Virus record (IMG/VR): IMGVR_UViG_3300032334_000367
Location: 1 to 52,186 of that record
DNA: 52,186 nt
From: a virus
Taxonomy: Duplodnaviria; Caudoviricetes
Direction: 5' to 3' (one strand)
This document shows positions 47,166 through 52,186 of the stretch, in pieces. The notes under the pieces were generated by a model. That model was not told the origin of the DNA. It saw nothing but the letters and a program-made list of their open reading frames with translations, and made no database searches. Within the stretch, counting starts at the first letter, position 1. Every line of letters begins with the position of its first letter. Position numbers and translations under genes: made by a program.

Positions 47166-47665
47166 TATACTTCTTTAAGTTTGAAAATTTGAATTAAGCC
47201 GCTGGTGAACGAATGAAATAGCCATGGTCTAAAAAATATTCCTTGACCTGGTTCTAGGAGATGATTTAACTTTAAATCCCATTCAAACAAATTTCTATAT
47301 GCTAACTGATAATTTTCTGTTGCATTTTTAGCTCCAGATTTATGCTCAAAAACATTAAATGTTGTGTGGTCTATAGCAACAACGAATAACCAATCTTTAT
47401 TAGACTCAAATTCTTCAAAATGAATAAACCCTGATGAGTTAGGTATTCTGAATACCCCAGACTTATCTTTATCCACAGTAATTTTTCTATTTAGAACATT
47501 TGAAAAAACTTCATCAGCATCTTCTGGGACCATATTAAAATTTAGTAAATCTTGTCCGAAGTCATTTTCTTCAAATTGAAGAAGAGGAAGTATTACCTTA
47601 CTTAGCATAAGCCCTTCTTCTTTGGTATAATAATCATCAATCGTAATAGTTTTAAGAAATGCCAT
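47165..47665 (-). CDS. Putative 2OG-Fe(II) oxygenase-like protein (DUF6445-like)
   Basis: IDDYY, IHFE, FF..WLFHS, QIF. Confidence 0.5.
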   Translation of the reverse strand: MAFLKTITIDDYYTKEEGLMLSKVILPLLQFEENDFGQDLLNFNMVPEDADEVFSNVLNRKITVDKDKSGVFRIPNSSGFIHFEEFESNKDWLFVVAIDHTTFNVFEHKSGAKNATENYQLAYRNLFEWDLKLNHLLEPGQGIFFRPWLFHSFTSGLIQIFKLKEV

Positions 47666-47668
47666 ATA

Positions 47669-48901
47669 TCACCAATCATCCTCTTCTTTGATTGCACAAA
47701 GAGTTCCATTGCCTGCGGCAACCACTTTCCAACTTGTTACGGGTAATGCAGTTTGCGCAGGAGAAGTTTTACTGTTAGATGTGTTTCCATCTCCACATTC
47801 TCCAGAAAGATTCGCACCCCATGTCCAAAGACTTCCATCAGATTTTATGCCACCACTAGATGATGCTCCAGCATGTACACGAATCCAATTTAAACCAGCA
47901 CCAGTTACTGTGTCTGGAGAAGATCTACTTGCACCAGAAGCACCAAATCCTAATTGACCAAAATCATTTTTACCCCACGTCCAAACAGAACCGTCTGATT
48001 TAACTGCAACAGTATGCGAGTATCCACATGACGCAAGTTTCCAGTTTGTACCACCACCAAGTGTTGTGGTTGGGCTTGATTTGTTGACAGTAAATCCATC
48101 ACCAAGCTGATAGTTACCATTTAATCCCCAAGTCCAAAGCCTACCATCATTAGTTATTCCAACTGAAAAGCTTGTTCCAGCGGCAACAAAATTCCAAATA
48201 TTATTTGCAGCTGCAGGAAAACTTACTGCAATACTTACTGGTGAAGATCTATTTGTTGTTGATCCAGAACCTAATTGTCCGTTGGTATTCACTCCCCACG
48301 AATAAAGATTTCCGTCAGTTTTTATTGCTAAAACGTGAGTGTCTCCTGCAGCAACTTGTTGCCAAGTATCTGCAGCACCACCAGTGGGAGCTCCTGCCAT
48401 AGTAGATGGACTGGTTCTTGATGTTGTGTTACCTGTCCCTAATTGCCCTGATGTGTTCAATCCCCAAGTCCACATTGAACCATTAGATTGTATTGCTGCA
48501 GTGTAACGAAGCCCACAAGAAACCTTAGCCCAAATTGTTAAGTTAGTTCCAGCTGTTGTTAAGGGGGAAGATCTATTTGCTGTTGCACCAGAACCTAATG
48601 CTCCATATGTTCCAGCGCCCCATGTCCAAAGACTTCCGTCTTGGCGAATTCCTGCGACATGCAGTGCTGCATCAACGGTTTTCCAGTTTGATGCTCCACC
48701 AAAAACTGTTCCTGGGCTAGATCTAGATGTGTTATTGACATTATCTCCAAGTTGCCCAGATGAGCCAATTCCCCATGTCCACATTGATGGCATGTTGGAG
48801 TGTGTAGCAATATTTGGATATCGATCAATAAGATATTCTTTGGTAACGTACTTGCCACCAACATCAATTCCATCGTTATCTGTAAAACCTAATGTTGCCA
48901 T
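47669..48901 (-). CDS. RCC1-repeat protein
   Basis: About seven DG.LWTWG repeats. Confidence 0.88.
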   Translation of the reverse strand: MATLGFTDNDGIDVGGKYVTKEYLIDRYPNIATHSNMPSMWTWGIGSSGQLGDNVNNTSRSSPGTVFGGASNWKTVDAALHVAGIRQDGSLWTWGAGTYGALGSGATANRSSPLTTAGTNLTIWAKVSCGLRYTAAIQSNGSMWTWGLNTSGQLGTGNTTSRTSPSTMAGAPTGGAADTWQQVAAGDTHVLAIKTDGNLYSWGVNTNGQLGSGSTTNRSSPVSIAVSFPAAANNIWNFVAAGTSFSVGITNDGRLWTWGLNGNYQLGDGFTVNKSSPTTTLGGGTNWKLASCGYSHTVAVKSDGSVWTWGKNDFGQLGFGASGASRSSPDTVTGAGLNWIRVHAGASSSGGIKSDGSLWTWGANLSGECGDGNTSNSKTSPAQTALPVTSWKVVAAGNGTLCAIKEEDDW

Positions 48902-48902
48902 G

Positions 48903-49529
48903 TTATTCTAAATCGATTAAATTTAATTCTTCATGAGTAGAAGCTAAATCTATTTCTATATGCTTATTTGCTTCCCAATCAAATTGCTGTTGAACATGAT
49001 CAGAGATACATTGAGAAATAGTAGCCATATCATTCTTAGTTAGAGTTATCCAAAAATCTCCAAATTTCCAATCAAGTGTTTCATTATCTCCTAACATAAG
49101 ATATCTTTGAATGTAATTTCCTCTATTTTCGCGAGATGTGCTGATATTGATAACAGTGTTTTGTATTGTGCATGTAGTTCCTGCAACTTCTTTGTTATAT
49201 CTATTTGCGGTTACAATTTCTCTAAATGCACCTTTAACAGAATCAATATGATTTCTTTCTACTGTATATGAACCTATAGCAACATTTCCACTAAGATCCC
49301 AAAACGGACCATGTAAATATTCTATCTTAGGATTGTGTATGGGATTTTCATCATAAATTGCTGGAAGAATCTTAACAGTTTCAGTGATAAAGATCGGTTC
49401 CCCATCTGTTTTATTTGATGGAAGAGCATAATTTATGTTTAAATCGTCTCTTAGAGTTCGCTCAAATGAACGAAAATTCCAAGGTCTTGGTCCATTTAAA
49501 ACATAATTATTAGATACTAAAACGTACAT
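48903..49529 (-). CDS. Tail-fibre-associated protein (DUF4376-like)
   Basis: R..KE..G, T.RE.R, WKF, HVQ..F.WE. Confidence 0.6.
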   Translation of the reverse strand: MYVLVSNNYVLNGPRPWNFRSFERTLRDDLNINYALPSNKTDGEPIFITETVKILPAIYDENPIHNPKIEYLHGPFWDLSGNVAIGSYTVERNHIDSVKGAFREIVTANRYNKEVAGTTCTIQNTVINISTSRENRGNYIQRYLMLGDNETLDWKFGDFWITLTKNDMATISQCISDHVQQQFDWEANKHIEIDLASTHEELNLIDLE

Positions 49530-49535
49530 CTTAAC

Positions 49536-50810
49536 TTATCCTCCGCCAATGAAAAGGGCGATCCCTAGAGTCTCATTAATATTAGCTCCTGCACCATCAG
49601 TAGATCCTGAGCAAGAAACTGCAGTCCATTCAGCAACACCACCAACTATTGTTCCAGGAGAAGATCTACCAGTTATATTTCCTGTTCCAAGATTTCCTTG
49701 AGAATTAGTGCCCCAAGTCCAAAGAGATCCATCAGTTTTAATAGCTCCTGTGTGTCCATAACCACAAGAAACGTGATCCCAATTTGTTCCACCTCCAGCA
49801 ACAGTCGCTGGCGAAGATCTTGGGCTTGTAGATCCATCTCCAAGTCTACCGTTTGTATTAGAACCCCATGTCCAAAGTGTACCATCTAATTTGACACCTG
49901 CCATATGAGTCGAAGATGCAGTACTGATAGAAACTTGTTTCCAAATTGATCCTCCACCAACAACTGATCCTGGAGAAGATCTATCTGTTGTCGAGCCGTC
50001 ACCTAAAACTCCAGTTCCTACTGGAATAGAAGAAATTGATATTGCATTTCTACCCCAAGTCCAAAGAGTTCCATTATTTTTAATTGCAGCTGAACTTTGT
50101 CCGCCAGCTGCGATTTTATACCAATCAAATGAACTACCAGCAACTTGTGTTGGAGTTGATTTATTGATTGTTGATCCATCGCCTAATTGACCATTAGCAT
50201 TAAATCCCCATGCCCAAAGGCTTCCATCAGTTTTAAGACCAAGTGTGTGTCCACTTCCTGCCCAATATTGAGATGATGCGATATCATACCAACTGTTATT
50301 TGTAACTGATCCTGAAACTATGACGACCTGTGCTGTTGACCTATTTGTGGTGTTGCCTGTGCCTAATTGACCCTGAGTATTAAACCCCCAAGTCCAAAGA
50401 GATCCATCTAACTTTAATGCTGCTGTAAAACCTGTGCCTGTTGTAACTCTTGACCAATCTGTTGTTGTATTAGAAGTTTGAGCAGGTGATGATCTACTTA
50501 CTGTTGACGCATTACCGAGTTGCCCAAGAGAATTAACTCCCCAAGTCCAAAGAGTGCCGTCTGTCTTAACACCCGCGCCAAATGATGTTGTTGTGCTTAT
50601 AACAGCAGCAGAAACCTGTTTCCAGTTTGACCCAAGTCCACTAAAATCTACAAAACTAGATTTACTTACTGCAGTTCCGTCACCCAATCCACCGATAAGA
50701 TTGGCACCTGTACCAAATGCTCTGTTTCCAATATATCTGTCAATTAATTGAGTATCAGTGAAAAAGATACGATCAAAATTTTCTCCATTACTGTAAAATG
50801 ATGATGCCAT
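49536..50810 (-). CDS. RCC1-repeat protein
   Basis: About seven DG.LWTWG repeats. Confidence 0.88.
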   Translation of the reverse strand: MASSFYSNGENFDRIFFTDTQLIDRYIGNRAFGTGANLIGGLGDGTAVSKSSFVDFSGLGSNWKQVSAAVISTTTSFGAGVKTDGTLWTWGVNSLGQLGNASTVSRSSPAQTSNTTTDWSRVTTGTGFTAALKLDGSLWTWGFNTQGQLGTGNTTNRSTAQVVIVSGSVTNNSWYDIASSQYWAGSGHTLGLKTDGSLWAWGFNANGQLGDGSTINKSTPTQVAGSSFDWYKIAAGGQSSAAIKNNGTLWTWGRNAISISSIPVGTGVLGDGSTTDRSSPGSVVGGGSIWKQVSISTASSTHMAGVKLDGTLWTWGSNTNGRLGDGSTSPRSSPATVAGGGTNWDHVSCGYGHTGAIKTDGSLWTWGTNSQGNLGTGNITGRSSPGTIVGGVAEWTAVSCSGSTDGAGANINETLGIALFIGGG

Positions 50811-52186
50811 TATTCACCTCTCGATTTTCTCTCGAGATCATTTACTCTTGATGAGAGATTTTTCACAGCCTCAATCAAGATTGCGATAATGCCTGAATAG
50901 TTGACTGTTTTATTATTCTCATTTGTTTCAACAAGTTCTGGTAGAACTTTTTCTAATTCTTGCGCAATAACACCAATAGATGGAAGACCAGTATCTCTCC
51001 AATTAAACTTAACGCCGCGCAATTGATCAACAATTTCTACAGCGCGTTTAATAGTCTCAATATTTTCTTTTCGTAAAATATCAGACAAGCTGTTGAAAGT
51101 TGTTGCGCTTAATGTACCAGTTGATGGATTAAACGATAGTTGCGTTGCAGAAGTATTTAATGACGCTATTGTACCAGAAGAAACATCAACGAATAGTGGA
51201 TATCTAGTAGCATTAACAGTATCTGGTACAACAGTTGAAGAAGAAGCACCAGAAGCACCTTGTGCGCCCCTGTCACCAGTTCTACCGAACACAATAGACA
51301 TTAATGTATTGTTAGCAGCTGGGGCTATACCAGAAACGCCAGTTACAGGAACACCACAATAATTTGCATTTCCTATAATAGTGCCTGTAATTTTAAATAT
51401 ATTAACGAGAGTGCCATTTGCAGGCTCATCTTGAATCACAAGATACCCAGCATTAGCAGTGGTAGTTGAGTCGTCCCACTGCATAATATAATTGTTAACA
51501 TCTACACCAGCACTAGTATTAGAAATATAAATTGTGGCAGATATATTTGTTAATGCTCCAGTTACACTATATGCAAAACTGTTAGCTCCTGGATTTGTAT
51601 TTGTAGTATTAGTGATAAACTTGTATACTAAACCGCCCTTATAACCAGTAGAACCTTGTGCACCTTGAACACCACTTCCAGGTGCACCTTGGAAGCCCTG
51701 AGTTCCTTGGAAACCTTGAGCACCTTGGAATCCTTGATTACCTTGGTTGCCAATGTTACCTTGTGTTCCTTGAAAACCTTGGTTGCCTTGGTTGCCAATG
51801 TTACCTTGTGTTCCTTGAAAACCTTGGTTGCCTTGGTTGCCGATATTTCCTTGTGTGCCTTGGAATCCTTGGTTGCCTTGGTTGCCGATATTGCCTTGTG
51901 TGCCTTGGAATCCTTGGTTTCCTTGATTACCAATATTGCCTTGTGTACCTTGGAAACCCTGATTACCTTGGTTGCCAATGTTACCCTGAGTACCCTGGAA
52001 TCCTTGATTGCCTTGGTTGCCAATATTTCCTTGAGTGCCTTGGAATCCTTGATTGCCTTGGTTGCCAATGTTACCCTGAGTACCCTGGAATCCTTGGTTT
52101 CCTTGGTTGCCAATGTTACCCTGAGTACCCTGGAATCCTTGGTTTCCTTGGTTGCCAATGTTACCCTGAGTACCCTGGAATCCTTG
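50810..52186 (-). CDS. Collagen-repeat tail fibre with C-terminal S74 intramolecular chaperone (5' partial)
   Basis: The frame of ORF 50810..51484 stays open to the window edge; G-X-Q repeats; SD..RKENI, GVIAQE..VLPELV, VNYSG. Confidence 0.88.
   Translation of the reverse strand, partial: QGFQGTQGNIGNQGNQGFQGTQGNIGNQGNQGFQGTQGNIGNQGNQGFQGTQGNIGNQGNQGFQGTQGNIGNQGNQGFQGTQGNIGNQGNQGFQGTQGNIGNQGNQGFQGTQGNIGNQGNQGFQGTQGNIGNQGNQGFQGTQGNIGNQGNQGFQGAQGFQGTQGFQGAPGSGVQGAQGSTGYKGGLVYKFITNTTNTNPGANSFAYSVTGALTNISATIYISNTSAGVDVNNYIMQWDDSTTTANAGYLVIQDEPANGTLVNIFKITGTIIGNANYCGVPVTGVSGIAPAANNTLMSIVFGRTGDRGAQGASGASSSTVVPDTVNATRYPLFVDVSSGTIASLNTSATQLSFNPSTGTLSATTFNSLSDILRKENIETIKRAVEIVDQLRGVKFNWRDTGLPSIGVIAQELEKVLPELVETNENNKTVNYSGIIAILIEAVKNLSSRVNDLERKSRGE
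51650..52186 (-). repeat. Tandem 45-bp coding repeat (GFQGTQGNIGNQGNQ)n
   Basis: About ten degenerate copies of ttgccaatgttaccctgagtaccctggaatccttggtttccttgg. Confidence 0.9.

Noticed and set aside
45960-50600. Regularly spaced ccccaagtccaaag repeats resembling a CRISPR or DGR array
   Set aside because: They encode the LWTWG core of RCC1 blades at about 150-180 bp spacing; there is no cas or reverse transcriptase gene in the window.
51628-52158. 176-aa repetitive ORF (MATKETKDSRV...)
   Set aside because: Shadow frame of the collagen repeat; the G-X-Q frame is continuous with the S74 domain.
1-52186. tRNAs, introns/inteins, integrase, stop-codon recoding
   Set aside because: Intergenic gaps are short and explained by promoters or terminators, and core genes are uninterrupted and of normal length in the standard code. 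This was judged by eye, without a tRNA scan.

Overview
This window is a 52-kb segment of a large, AT-rich T4-like myophage genome with a Kyanoviridae-like gene order and probably a proteobacterial host. Nearly all genes lie on the minus strand. Read in transcription order (right to left) it contains: a collagen-repeat tail fibre with an S74 chaperone; three RCC1-repeat proteins; an island of glycan/tailoring enzymes (sulfotransferase, methyltransferases, glycosyltransferases, 2OG oxygenases, and an inverted cupin-HAD-heptose epimerase cassette); the neck, tail, packaging and head module (gp13-gp23, gp3); uvsY, uvsW, gp55, gp47, gp46; peptide deformylase; a CobT/CobS-like pair; and the replication module (gp1, gp45, gp44, gp62, regA, dUTPase, hsp20, dCMP deaminase). 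The standout is a tightly coupled 8-gene operon at 5932-12390: TET/JBP-type dioxygenase, class II glutamine amidotransferase, amidoligase, GNAT acetyltransferase, amino-acid:DNA transferase, P-loop kinase, GT-A glycosyltransferase and dNMP kinase. It looks like a DNA base-hypermodification pathway with an enzyme combination unlike the characterised ones I know. Non-coding signals include three composite promoters with an IHF-consensus box at identical spacing, a ROSE-like RNA thermometer before hsp20, and an orphan antisense sigma70 promoter in front of the late sigma factor gene. All protein calls come from motif recognition and synteny; no database searches were run.
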